Part shown: positions 13,341-26,302 of the stretch, piece by piece
Position numbering within the stretch: the first letter of the stretch is position 1
How the letters are laid out: each line of letters opens with the position of its first letter
Assembly: GCA_028534125.1 (NCBI GenBank)
Contig: CM052817.1
Coordinates: forward strand, 79,362,001-79,426,000
Length of the DNA: 64,000 bases
Direction of reading: 5' to 3'
Origin: Lama glama
Lineage: Eukaryota
The notes under the pieces: generated by a model
Seen by the model: only the letters and a program-made list of their open reading frames with translations
Databases searched by the model: none
What the model was told of the DNA's origin: nothing
Translations under genes and position numbers: made by a program

Positions 13341-15693
13341 AGTGGTGTGTTTATAAAAATCCTGACACAGTAAGTTCATGCTTATACTGAGAGAAAGGGG
13401 AGAATACATTCTGTCTTCTGTCGCTGCATATGCTTCCTTATCTCTAAACTTAGACTCTGCAGCCCTGGAAGAGATGGTAGTTGTAAGGACTGACGGAGCA
13501 GAAAAACAAATTTTTGGAAGCTCACCAATAGCACTCTTGTTCTTTTATATTCTCTCCCGACTGTCAAGACTTTTATATTGCAAGGAGGCTTTCCTGACCA
13601 TTAGGCAGTGAGAAATAAGTTTTTATAGTATCACATATTTCTGCAGAGATAGCTGGTAATAAAGCTTTTATTCTGAAGAATTTGGGGGCACATAAATTAA
13701 GGTTTTTTGCCACCCTGGACATGAGGAAGTGAGCTGAGTTTAATTTAATTCATCATTAAATTATTCTGTAATAATAATTAAATAATTACTATAATATTAC
13801 TATTAATTATTGATTTTTATAATGGGTAAATTATTAGATACTTCTTTACCTTACAAACAATACATCTGCAAAGATTTGGTTTCAGGATATAAAACACTGC
13901 CCTGACAATTTACCAAATCTCCTCTTGTGGGGAAACCAGAGATCATAGTGAGTCCACAATATTTCAATTCACACACAACTTAATAAAAAACATACTTGTT
14001 ACATGAAGCTAGGCTGCCAAGTACAGGTGTATAGTTTGTGCACTGCCCAATGACACCTGACTTGGAGCACAAATGCGAGCCAAAATCCAGCCCACACTTT
14101 TTACCCTGAGCCGTGTGCCCATGAGGCTGCCAGCACTTACTCAATAGCACCAAATAGGCCAGCAGTGGCCCTACCAAAAGCAAAGCAGCCTGCCTGGGAC
14201 ATTGAACTCCTTTGAAAGAAAGAGGCATTCTTCTGAAACACAGAATAGATAATGACAGAAGTAACATTTTTCCCTGTAAAATTTAAGCACATAAATGCCC
14301 AATAATTGCTTGTTAAACTAAATGAACACCTTATCCAATAAGAAAGGTAATGATTTCCTTGATAATATGTCAAAAGGAAAGTGACAGCAAATGCCTTAAA
14401 TTACACGTTCTTCTTTCTTTTCTAGCTTATTTCTTCCTTATAGTTGTTTGTTGGTCCACTCTGCTCAACAGCATGAGGATTGATGACAACCTTATTGTAT
14501 CCCTTCTCTTGTCAAGTAGGGTCACCAGGAGACTGAACACTTATTTTAACTTTAAAAACATTTCTTATTGATTATCCATGCTTCCCTCCTCCGTCTCTAT
14601 TCTCATAGCTGCCCTGATCCTCCTGGAACACGGGAACACATGACTGATGGGGAAGTAGCCCCAGTGAGTTGCATAATCACACCCCCATCACACTGGGGTT
14701 TCAGTTTATCAGCATTGACAATAAATTCCTCTCTGTGGCTCACCATAGTTTGCTTTTTTATACCACAGAAGGGGCTTGGACATGCTTACGGTGCTTTCTA
14801 TAAATAACAGCCACACATTCCAGCTTTCAAAGGAGCACATTTTGCTAAACATAGACTGTAGACACAAGCAATCCCTGTTTTTCTTGCTGTATATCATGGG
14901 TGCTTATTCAGGTTCAGTTTTCCTTATAACATCTCAACTTGGCCTTGGTTATTTTGGGTCCTTCCCCAGAGGTCACCACATGACTTCTAGTGTCTCATAC
15001 TTAATACCCAGGCCAGTAGTATCTGCAGTCCTGGGATCCTGGAGCCTCACAGCTGCAATCACCATTAACTGGAAAGGCCACAGTCTGTTAAATAGTCTCA
15101 CGGATATTCCAGTTCAACAACCAGAAGTTTGGGAGTCTCTTGGTAATTACAAGAGCCATAAGCCATTTGAAAGCTGAGGTCTGGATATTGCTGACCTAGA
15201 ACTTCCCTGGCCGAGGCAGGAAGACAGACGGCCTGGCACAAACAGCTAGAATTATCCCAAGGGCTCTGTGGACTATGTGACTAACACAAAAGGCTGATAG
15301 TGCAATTTACTCAGCTCTCCCAGCCAGTGCCAGCCTATAGGATAACACTTTGTTTTTTTCAAATCAATTCAGTGCCAAACTGTATGTGACTGTTGGCCAC
15401 ACTCTTTTTGAAGATGAAGATGGGGCTTCTCATTGATGACTCCGGAGCTAAATGGTTCATTTATGGGCAGATGACCACAGGGCTTTATCTTATGGCTTAT
15501 AGCCTGTAGCCAAGCCCAAGCAGACCATTGGGTGACTCTCTCCACCCCCTCAACAGAAATTATGGGCCATAATGAAAGCCAATCACGAAATTCTTTTGCC
15601 TTCTCTTACCTTACATTGAGAGAGAAATTCCCTTCTTCACTACTTTTTGTGGAAATAAAGGCAAGCAAGCCTGATTTCTAAACAAAGGGGTAT

Positions 15694-15972
15694 CTTTTTG
15701 AGTCTTTTAAAATTCTTATTTTCTTATTGAAATGTAGTTGATTTATGTTAATTTCAGGTGTACAGCAAAGTGATTCAGTTATACATATACATACATACAT
15801 ATATTTTCAGATTCTTTTCAATTATAGGTTATTATAAGAAATTGAATACAGTTCCCTGTGCTACATAGTGGTCCTTGTTGTTTATCTATTTTATATATAG
15901 TAATATGTGTCTGTTAATCTCAAACTCCTAATCTATCCCTCCCCTACTTTCTCCCCAGTGTAACCACAGTTT
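15694..15972 (-). mobile_element. 5'-truncated L1 3' end
   Basis: 'ttcaggtgtacagcaaagtgattcagttatacat...ttccctgtgcta'; flanking direct repeat 'taaacaaaggg' at 15679-15689 and 15973-15983. Confidence 0.9.
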
Positions 15973-16249
15973 TAAACAAAGGGATTTTAAGGAGAGGCTT
16001 TGCTGAAGGCACAAGTTCTCCTATTGCAGAAGTGCAGCCTGGCTTGGGGAGGTGGTACACAGACCTTGCTTAAGAACAACAGGCAATATCTGAATCAGGA
16101 AAAATCTTTACCTGTCAGTATCATAGGGTTTTAGGTTCCTTATAGGGGATTTTCCTGAGGGCATCTCATCATGATTCCTACAAACTTGTTCTGAAAACTA
16201 TAATGCGTGGATACAGGTATGTATGTAGCACTGAGGAAGTGCTGGTTCT

Positions 16250-17150
16250 CTTCTTAATAGTTCAGGATCCATGCACAATCCCAAGCAGGGTAACTCAGAG
16301 GAGTTTCGTGGGGGTCCTATTTATAAAAGCATAGACTGGGTACAGGGAGAACCACTGGGGGTGGGAAGTACCCTGGAGCTAGCAACAGCAGGGCCCATTA
16401 TCAACCTTGGACCTGAGAGGCAGAGGAAGGGATGGTTAAAGGACATGGACTGAGAGCTACAGCCTTCGGGAGGCAAGCAGCAGCTGCCGGTGGAGCCCAG
16501 CACTCTCTCCCACCTTCTGATCGGCAGCACCTCCTCCTGTTTACCTCCCGCTGGCCACTTTCTAACAGTAAGGAAGCCCACTGATGCCATTTATAAAGAT
16601 CTATAAAGCAAGTATATTGGACTCCTAGGGCTGTTGTAACAAAGTACCCCAAACCTAAGAAGGAAAGGTGGTTTAGAACAACAGAAGTTTATCGTTGCAC
16701 AGTTCTGGAGGCTAGCATCTAAAACCAAGGTATCAGCAAGGCCATGCTCCCTCTAGAAATTTTAGAGAAATCCTTCCTTGCTTCCTTCTGGATGCTGATG
16801 ATTTTCCAGCAATCTTTGGCATTTCTTGGCTTGTAGAGGCATCTCTCCAATCCTCCGTCTTCAAGTGCCATTGGTTCCATGGTGATTCCTGTATCTCTGT
16901 CTTCATGCATCCTGCGGATAAGGACACCAGGCGTGTTTTTTAGAGGCCCACCCTACTCCAGTACAACCTCATCATAACCAGGTACATCTGTAACAATGCT
17001 ATTTCCAGATAAGGTCACATTCTGAGGTACTCAGGATTAGGACTTCAACGTATCTTTTTTGGTGAGGACACAATTCAACCTCTGACAGTCATCCTTCCAG
17101 GTGGGGAAGAGTGCAGAGCCGACGTAGAGGAACAAGCAGAGGAGCAGCAG
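16250..17150 (-). mobile_element. ERVL solo LTR (LTR33-like), split by an MLT1 insertion
   Basis: 'gaagcccactgatgcc...' before 16611 continues as 'gtcatccttccagg...gtagaggaacaagcagagg' after 17087, matching antisense LTR33-type sequence. Confidence 0.55.
16611..17087 (-). mobile_element. MaLR solo LTR (MLT1B/C-like), near full length
   Basis: Begins 'gtatattggactcctagggctgttgtaacaaagtacc', contains 'cacagttctggaggctag' and 'ataaggtcacattctgaggtact', ends 'gacacaattcaacctctgaca'. Confidence 0.9.
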
Positions 17151-17219
17151 CGTACTCTGCTTTCACCATGTCCTCCACCTTTCTTCTTAAGCTTCTAGGT
17201 CGTTACTTCCCCACTTCAA

Positions 17220-17720
17220 TTCACTTTTCATTAAAGTGTAAGATATATACAGAACAGCACACAAGTAACAAGGGCATAGCTTGAGGAATTTCTGCAAATT
17301 CAATGCACATTTTAAGCAGCATTTGGGTCAAGAAACAATATTAGTTTCCACAGAAATCAGCTTCCACAGAAGCCCCCTTCATCCTCTCCTGCTCTCTTCC
17401 AGTCACTGCTTTCCATTAAGGATAACCATTAGTCTGACACCATAGATTCAGGTGGCCTGTTTTTGAACTTCACATAAGTGGAATCACACAGTACGTACTC
17501 CTTTTGTGTCTGGCTCTTTTCATACGACGTTGCGTTTCTGAACATCACCGGTGTTGTTGTGTGTAGTTGTAATTCATTCATTCTCATTCCAGTAGGTGAT
17601 CATACCACACTTTATTTACCCATTCTACTGCTGATGGGCACATGGATAGATTCCAACCAGGGGATCTGATGAATAATGTTGCTATGAACATCCTTGAAGC
17701 TATCTCTTGGTGAAAGCCTT
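17220..17720 (-). mobile_element. Old L1 (L1MC/L1ME-like) 3' fragment
   Basis: 'gcctgtttttgaacttcacataagtggaatcacacagtacgtactcttttgtgtctggc' and 'gctatgaacatcctt'. Confidence 0.85.
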
Positions 17721-19987
17721 TGGTGATAAACGTTTATGCTTGTAACTTTTTGACGCACATCCCCTGGAAAGTCTTGCTCACTCCCTAGTCACAATTATTG
17801 TTCCTTGTTGGTGTTCTCAAAGTGAGCCCTTACCACAATATATAGAGGTGCCTGTCTCCCCCTCTACTCAATAACCCTTCTGTAAGTCTGTGAGTTTTGA
17901 GGAGGTAAAGATGGTGCCTAACCAGTCTTGTGAGTGAGTGAGTGAAAAAAAAAATGAATGAATAAGGAGGGAACAGGCACCATGAATCAGGATTACAGGA
18001 TGGGGTAGGGCACGTGGACAGAGTCAGCTCATCTTCAGGAGTCTGACATATTGGCATCATCTTACGTTGTCACCTTCTGGCTTCTACCTCTTTTTCCTTA
18101 AGGTCTTGTCACCACTCCCTCCCCACTGCTTCACTCTGGACTTAGGTGTCTCTGAGGAGGTGGTTTCTCCTCTTTAGCAGTGTCTTCACTACACATATTC
18201 TTCTGGCCACGGACTTCAGGCATATTGGGCATCCTTCTAATGCTCTCATCTCTATTTTAAGTCTTCTTTTTCTAGTTCTTTCCCTTTGATATTTAGATAT
18301 AATTTTTCTTTACCATGAAATAATGTTTCTATACTCTATTACTATTTGAAATTTCTATATTTCGATTACTACATGAAATAGTTTTATTTTCTGAATCAAT
18401 GATTTACATATTTTGTTTCCATCCCATCTTTTCTCTAAATCTGCAGAAATTCTCCATGAATGTCAAGGTCTCTACATTTTCCTGAGACTTTAGGCTGTCA
18501 ACACTGGAGTGCCTCTTAGTTACTGCCTCTCTGTCCTGTTCTCATCTTTCTTTCCTTCTTACGCAACCAGCTGCCGACTTGTTCAGTACTTTCCCATTAA
18601 TACCTTTCTTACCAATGCCACAGTCACCACATTAACTGATGTCCTACTCACCTTACACATGTTAGCTGGTCTCCTTAGCTACAGTCTCCCCCATTTCAGT
18701 TTATTCTTTACCTACAGAATTATTTTTATCACCTGCTCATGAAATGAAGGAGGCTTCCAATCATCAATCAGAACACTCCTCCTTACTTAGCCTCATATCG
18801 GCTCCCACCCGTGTAGAACCAGCTTCTCATCTCTTTCCAGTTGCCATCATCATGCTTTTGATGACTCCTCATTTGACAAGAGCTCTAGACTTTTATGACA
18901 TAAAATGGACTGGATCCTGAACTGGCCTTCCAATGACAAAACAGAGACAATCTCAAAACACGAGGCAGGAGGGATACTTTGATAACGTTTGCTATTTTGA
19001 TAGCATTATTATCCTTAATTTATAAAACTTCTCAAACTTAGAATTCAGCTGGTCAAACCTGTTGTTTTGCAACCTTACAAAATATGTTCTAACACTACAA
19101 CCTCGGCTTTACACATAAACATATTCCCATAATTAGATGACAAATTGAGTTTTAATCATATCAGTCATTTATAAATTATATGGGCTACAGGCTGATTAAT
19201 GGCCCTAATTAGTAAGTGAAGAAATATGTAGGAAATTAAGTCATTTAACAGTGTCTAAGCAGGTAATCATTTGGTAGAAAAGTCTTAGCTAGCCTAACAA
19301 CTATATAAAATAACACATCACATGTTTTTGCAAAATTATTTCATTATTAAAAATCAAGGTTAGAACTCAGAGTGTTCTCTTTTGTCATGAATACGTTTCA
19401 AGTTTTACAGCAGAAACAAGAGACTGCTTTTATTATACTATTTATGGTAGCCAATTATCTCTTTATAAAAGGAGGTTTCATATAACCTATTTTAGGAAAA
19501 ACAGTTAAGAGGCTATTTTGGTGTTCAGTGTCCAGAGATTTTGCTACTTCATTTCATATCATAGTTATATATTGTAGTCAGAGTGGGTGTTTTGTGCATG
19601 GTTTTATTCAGAGGAAGTTACTGAAATTCAGAGAGGATATTAATCCCTGCCAGTCACCAATATGAATATAGCTCAAGATTGGTCAATGATTCCTTGTACT
19701 ATTTCTAGGGATAGATTAGAATAGAGCCTGGTGGGAGCAGGGCTGGCTGGGGGCAACTTGGAGACAGTAACTTTACTTCATGAACACTGGGAAAAAATTT
19801 AGTATGTGCACATTTGCTATTACTCAATTTTGTAGCCAAACATTGCTTCTTGGATTTCTTGTCTTGTCAATGAAGCCAAAGATGTTCTAGTCTTCATAGA
19901 TGCTGTCAGTTTGATTCCTGACTTTATCTAAAATTCATTCTAATAATCTCTATCCTAATGTTGGCCTCAGCTGAACTAATTCTTCTT

Positions 19988-20950
19988 TTTTTTGTATATA
20001 TATTTTTTATTGAAGTGTAGTCAGTTTACAATGTTGGGTCAATTCCTGGTGTACAGCACAATGCTTCAATCATACATAAACATACATATATTTGTTTTCA
20101 TATTCTTTTTCACCATAAGTTACTACAAGATATTGAATATAGTCCCCCATGCTATACAGTATAAACTTGTTATATATATTTGTTAGTATCTGCAAACTTC
20201 AAACTCCCAATTTATCCCTCCTCCCCCACCCCAGTAACCATAAGTTTATTTTCTATGTCTGTAAGTCTGTGTCTGTTTTGTAAAGAAGTTCATTTGTCTT
20301 TTTTTTTTTTCAGATTCTACATATAAGTGATATTATATTGTATTTTTCTTTCTCTTTCTGGCTTATTTCATTTAGAATGACAATCTCCAGGTCCATCCAT
20401 GTTGCTGTAAATGGCATTTTTTAAATATTTTTTAATGGCTGAATAGTATTCCATTGTATAAATATGCCAAAGTTCCTTTATCCAGTCATCTGTCAAGGGA
20501 CATTTAGGTTGTTTCTGTTGTCATGGCTACTGTAAATAGTGCTGCTATGAACATTGGGGTGTATGTATCTTTTTGAATTAAGATTCCCTCTGGATATATG
20601 ACTAGGAGTGGGATTGCTGGATCATATGGTAAGTCTATTTTTAGTTTTTTGAGGAATTTCCATACTGTTTTCCATAATGGCTGCATCAAACTACATTCCT
20701 ACTAACAGTGCAGGAGGGTTGCCTTTTCTCCACAGCCTCTCCAGCTTTTATCATTTGTGGACTTTTGAATGATGGCCATTCTGACTGGTGTGAGGTGATA
20801 CTTCATTGTAGTTTTGATTTGCATTTCTCTAATAATTAGCCATATTGAATATTTTTTCATGTGCCTATTGGCCATTTGTATGTCTTCATTGGAGAATTGC
20901 TTGTTTAGGTCTTTTGCCTATTTTTGGATTGGGTTATTTGTGTTTTTGTT
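19988..20950 (-). mobile_element. 5'-truncated L1 (3'UTR plus ORF2 C-terminal remnant)
   Basis: Minus ORF 20504-20689 '[27 protein letters not shown]' is the L1 ORF2 C-terminus; degenerate TSD tgaactaattcttctt / tgaatcagttcttctt. Confidence 0.95.
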
Positions 20951-21715
20951 TGAATCAGTTCTTCTTGAATGTCTTATCTTGAGTCAGAGAGGTTACATTA
21001 GAGTTGAAGTGTAGTAGCCATGAACACATGAGTCCATGCTAAGCTGGTTTAGGGAAAACGAGGTTGGCTTTCTGAGTATTAAGATGATTGTTCACAGAAT
21101 CTTGTCTCAACTGAAATTTCTCCATGTGAATGTGTTACAAGTTGAAATTTTAGCTGAAGAATTGAAATATTCTCCTACACTACCATACAAAATTCTCCCT
21201 CCTTATTAAAAAATGCACTGTAATGTAACTGGCTTATTGCCTTATTAACAGAGATGTTATCTAAAAAAATTTATAAGTGATGTATTGTCATGCAAACAAT
21301 AATTATTATTACAACTCTTACCAAGTCAGGACCTCATGGCCAAGATCGTGAAACAAAAGTTCGTATAAGGTATCATGCATAAATAAACACACAAAAGGCC
21401 CAGCAGTGTTTAGCAATGTTTCCCCAATTAAGAACACAATGTAATGTCTATAAACAGAGTCCTGGGCCTTCTAGGTTATTTATAAAGTCTGTTTCAGATT
21501 GTGATAAAGATACTTCTCAATTTCTGGAGCCTAAATCTCTCAGGACTTGTCCTTTTATTAATCATTTACAGTGTATATGGTGTGTTCTAATGGGTATGCA
21601 TTCTATCTGACATACTGCTGTAGCCAAAATACTCTAAAAATGTCAATGTATATTTATATTCTCTAGAAGTTGTTCAGTGTAAGCATGGACCTAGTTTAGA
21701 ACCTCCAATTTTTGT

Positions 21716-22300
21716 AGATCAACTCACCAAAAATCAATACTTTGCAAGACAAGATTCAATTAATTGAATGACCAATTTGCCAAAATCTACTAATTTAGCA
21801 AAAATGGTTTTAATATTTGAAAAGGAATATTCAGTTTTAGTTACTGATGATAAAAACATACAAAATTAATGCTGATAATGTCATTTAAAGAATTGGCCAA
21901 AAAAAGAAAAATCTAAAAATGCATAGAGTTTGAAGAAACAGAAACTATTACCCCCAAAAAGTAGTCAAAATAATTCCAGTACCTATAAAATGCTAAAAAA
22001 TTTTGTTTTGAACAAGGGGCAAGTGGAATATGTAGACTTTGTGGCAATTTATTGAAGGGCTTGATATAAAAACCTTACAAAGCATTTGAAGACCCAGAAG
22101 GATGTCCAGTGGGAGTACTACAGTGGTCCATGTGATTAGTGTGGATAGAGAAATAAATGAACTAGAATGTGATGGGAAAAACCACATCACCTCTAATGTT
22201 GACTACTAGTCATTAAGGAAGTGTTGAAGGTTGATATGCTACCTGAGAAATGGGCAAAATATTTTTAAAACATTACATGATTAGGAAACTGTAAAATGAC
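21716..22300 (+). mobile_element. Ancient hAT-like DNA transposon 5' end with BED zinc-finger remnant
   Basis: Terminal 'agatcaactcacc'; translation FCFEQGASGICRLCGNLLKG (from 22001) then, frameshifted, NLTKHLKTQ (from 22071); right edge uncertain. Confidence 0.5.
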
Positions 22301-25155
22301 GTTAAATGAGATTCCTAGTTACTTTATTGATTTTCCCCAAACGTTGAAGTGTTTTGGTCTGTTGTAAACTATATAGTTTTGCTGTTTCCCCTGCGCATTG
22401 CACTGAAATGAGTGTAACCCAGTCTCAAGGACACTTCATTCTTTGGCATCCTGTGTTGTCAGCTGCTGTACTCAGCAATCAATGGAATTGAATATTTGTG
22501 TTCCAATGTGGATAGTTCTCTCACAGTGGTAACTGTCCCAGAACCCCAATTGCCTACTTCTGGCTTCTTGGGGCTGATAGTTAATTCCTGTAGCCTTGGA
22601 TGGCTTGGTGACACCAGCTACTAGAACCACCAGTGCTGCTTTTCTTAGTTATTATCAGCAGTATTTATAATTGCTATATAATGTTGTTGGTAGCAGTCGC
22701 ATTTATAATAGCAGCAGCAACACAGTAACTGCCACATCATTCCAGGGTTTAACCTGAGAATCAAAGTCAGATGGTCAAATTTTGGGTAGGGTAAAAAACT
22801 CAAGATTTATGAGTTTCCACTTCCCCTCAAATGCACCAGTGTTTTCACGCCACATTCTGAGTGTTTGGTGCCTTAGTTGGAGATAAGATGACAAGACAGA
22901 AGTGCCAGCAGTTATACACAACACATGAATACAGAATTATACAGAACACGTTAATTTGTTTAATGCCTTCAGGGATTTAGACATATCTAATCAAGCATCT
23001 GATCAAAAAATATGGGAAGTTAGCACTGTCAATCATGTCAAATGGAACACCCAATTTTTATTGAAATAATAGTATTTCATATAAAATAATTAGGTTACAT
23101 TGATCATATTTCTTTTAAAATATTTTAATGTTTTTAGGATTCTTATTCCAATGTCTCAGGTAGCATTAGTTAATATTTAAAATGTAACTCAAGTTGAATA
23201 TCATCAGTTACCAAAATTGACAATTTCTTTAATAGTGCCAAGGTTATTAAAACCATAATAGTAAAAATGTCCTGACTTCCAAAAGCACACATAGAAGCCA
23301 CCAAATGGGTCTGTCTTCTTATTTTCTGTATTTACAGATGATAAGATAAGCGAAGTTAAGGTTGCTCCTACCTGGTGCAGGGTCTGGCATATGGCACTAT
23401 CCAATAAACGTTTATTGAATTAAATATTGAAATAAATGCTGCTTGGGTCCTGTTGCTAGGTCTTGCAAATGAGTCTCCATTCTCCCTTATAGAGAGACTG
23501 CCCTTGTCATCCTCAGAACTACTAATCTGGTTTCCACTGCCCATCATCCATCAGACATGTCTGGACTCAAACCACAGAAAGTGTTCAGTGTTTTTCCTAA
23601 GCAGCTGCTCAGACCCTGTGCAAGTCAGCGGTTCAGAAAGATGGATATTGCCTACTTCCTCTGTTTCAGCCCAGCCAGAAAAACTTGTTACAGATGGAGT
23701 GATGCTAACATTCAGGCCTTCTGTAACGGATAAGAAAAGTGTAATTCTTGCTAAGGATTGTGATTCAGGAAATCAATAGAAATGTGGTTCCAGTCGAGGC
23801 AGATGTGAGCTACTGGGCTGTCTTCACAGAGACAGGGTTGGAAACTAGTGGGCACCGAACTGGCTGGTGAGGCCGCCACGGGCACGGCATGGTTAGGCTG
23901 GGTGTGGTGGCAGGAGGGACACATTTCCACACCTGTCGTTCACACACAGAGAACAAGGCCACCTCTGCACAGCCGCTTCTTTTCAACGTGAGAATTTTGA
24001 AACCATCTGACAAGCCAATCAGGGAAATTAGTTGATAGTCTTTGCTTCCTTCCCTAGGGTTGAGAGTTTATTAAAGGCCACAGAAAAGGGGCAGAGATCA
24101 GGAGAATGAATTTGAGGGAACGTCTTCAGATTGAGAGAGAGCCAAATGGTCCGGACGTTGGGAATTCCAGCAAGTTGGGAAAAGGAAGTGATGCTTTTTC
24201 ATTTACTGGTGTAACATAAACCTCAATAAACAGTCACATCTCAAAGCAGAATGTACCTTATACTCCCTCCCCACTTCCACTCTGGATAAATATGAGGTGG
24301 GGGGAAGAAAGCCAGGGAGTAACCTTTAAATTCTCAGGATACAGGGTACGAATCGTAATCTACTCTATATTTTTATTTTGCTAGAATAAAGGAAATAAAA
24401 ACTTTTTTACAGTTTAAAAAGTTTAAAAATGGACAAAGTGATTGAACACTAGGGTGGCTTATTGAAGAAAGAGGCAAATTCAGTTATCTTAGGTCAAAGG
24501 ACCCATCAGGCAGGGCAGATCATAGGCGACATACCCAGATCTGTGAGAATCTCTACCCTTGCAGAAGAATTGTAAGGAGCACTGACCATATGAGCATCAG
24601 TCTTTCCAATGAGCTTTGCTGTCTTATTAGGGGAATGAGAATGAAGACATAAAATGTCCAGGACTCTGAGAAATGTGTACCTGACTGTTATGGCTCACAT
24701 ATGACTCCGTTTCACTCTGATGGATCCTGTGGTCCTTGCTAAGGACCCTTTGCTGATCCAGAAGCAAATGCCTCACACCACCCCTTCCTTTCTCAAGATT
24801 CATAATTAGACTTGCATCCAGCCTGGCCTCTGAAAGAGACCTGCTGAGCGACATGGGATGTGCAGAGAGCACAGCTGAGAAGCAGATCGAGCAGGTGGCT
24901 CGGGTCATCGAGCTCAGCCTTGCCAAGGGATGCACAGGACCAGAGAGACTATCATTTACTGGAATGAATCTTTCTGGGCTGCATGGACTTGATTTTTCAG
25001 TGTTTATGAAAGTACCTCACAGGGAGAGGGAAAGCAATTAACTACAAGAGTAATCTTAAATAGCAGCATTTAAAAACTCAGGATAACAAAAACAGGGCAA
25101 AGTGGATGTCATCGATGAATCCCTAAGGAAAAAGCAGAAATGAACACACTCTTTT

Positions 25156-25321
25156 TTTTTTAACATTTTTTATTGATTTATAATCATTTTACAATGTTGT
25201 GTCAAATTCCAGTGTAGAGCACAGTTTTTCAGTTATACATGAACATATATATATTCATTGTCACATTTTTTCTCTGTGAGTTACCATAAGATCTTGTGTA
25301 TATTTCCCTGTGCTATACAGT
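25156..25321 (-). mobile_element. Young, extremely 5'-truncated L1 3' end
   Basis: Perfect 10-bp TSD 'acactctttt' at 25146-25155 and 25322-25331, followed by 'aa' (TTTT/AA endonuclease site). Confidence 0.92.
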
Positions 25322-25774
25322 ACACTCTTTTAAAGTGATTAGAAAGTATTTATGAGATGCCTTCTATTTGCTCAACACTTGGGGATTAAGAAACTCATTT
25401 AAAACATGATTCCATGCCTCAAGGAGATCGTAGGACTTGTATTTAAGACTTATTTATTAAAGCATTTTAAGATCATAGGATTTATATTTAAGACTAATTT
25501 ATGAAAGCTCTTTAAGTATATAAGACAGGTATGTTTACAAGTGAGTGGGTTACATGCAGTGGTATATGGGTAAACCAGCTCTCCTGCAAAACAGATAACT
25601 CTGATTTGTAATGTTTGTCAATTCCTGTGGCACACATCCTCCCACCATAACCATCACTGAATGCAGAGTTGGAAAGAGATGTGCACGATTGTCTCTCACA
25701 AGTCAATCCAAGACAGCACCTCACACATTGGTCATGTGTCTTCATGTACAACATCTTACATGATGTTATTTTAT

Positions 25775-26302
25775 ATATTTTTTACTTTTAGCACTAACTT
25801 TAAAATTTTTTTTAGTTGAAGTATAGTTGATGTGCAATATTTTGTGTTACAGGTGTACACTGTAGTAATTCACAATTTTAAAAATTATACTTCACTTATA
25901 GTTATTATAAAATATTGGTTATATTCTCCGTGTTGTACAGTGCATCCTTGTAGCTTATTTTCTACACAATAGTTGCACTTCTTAACCCCTCTGCTCCTCT
26001 GTTGTCCTGCCCCCTGTCTTCTCCCCACTAGTAACCACTAGTTTGTTCTTTGTATCTGTGCCTTCTGTTTTGTTGTATTCACAAGTTTATTGTAGTTTTT
26101 AGATTCCCCATATAAGTGATATCATATAGTATTTGTCTTTCTTTGTCTGACTTATTTCACTGAGCATAATATTCTCCAGGTCCATCCATGTTGCTGCAAA
26201 TGGCAAAATTTCATTCTTTTTATGGCTGAGTAGTATTCCATTCCATATATATATAAATACCACATCTTCTTTATTCTTCATCTGTTGATGGACACTTAGG
26301 TT
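25775..26302 (-). mobile_element. L1 3' fragment
   Basis: Minus ORF 26099-26281 'KKNEILPFAATWMDLENIMLSEISQ' is typical L1 sequence. Confidence 0.92.

Noticed and set aside
20504..20689. ORF with a recognisable protein sequence
   Set aside because: L1 ORF2 C-terminal remnant in a truncated element, not a host gene; the same applies to ORFs at 26099, 30664, 49515 and 50009
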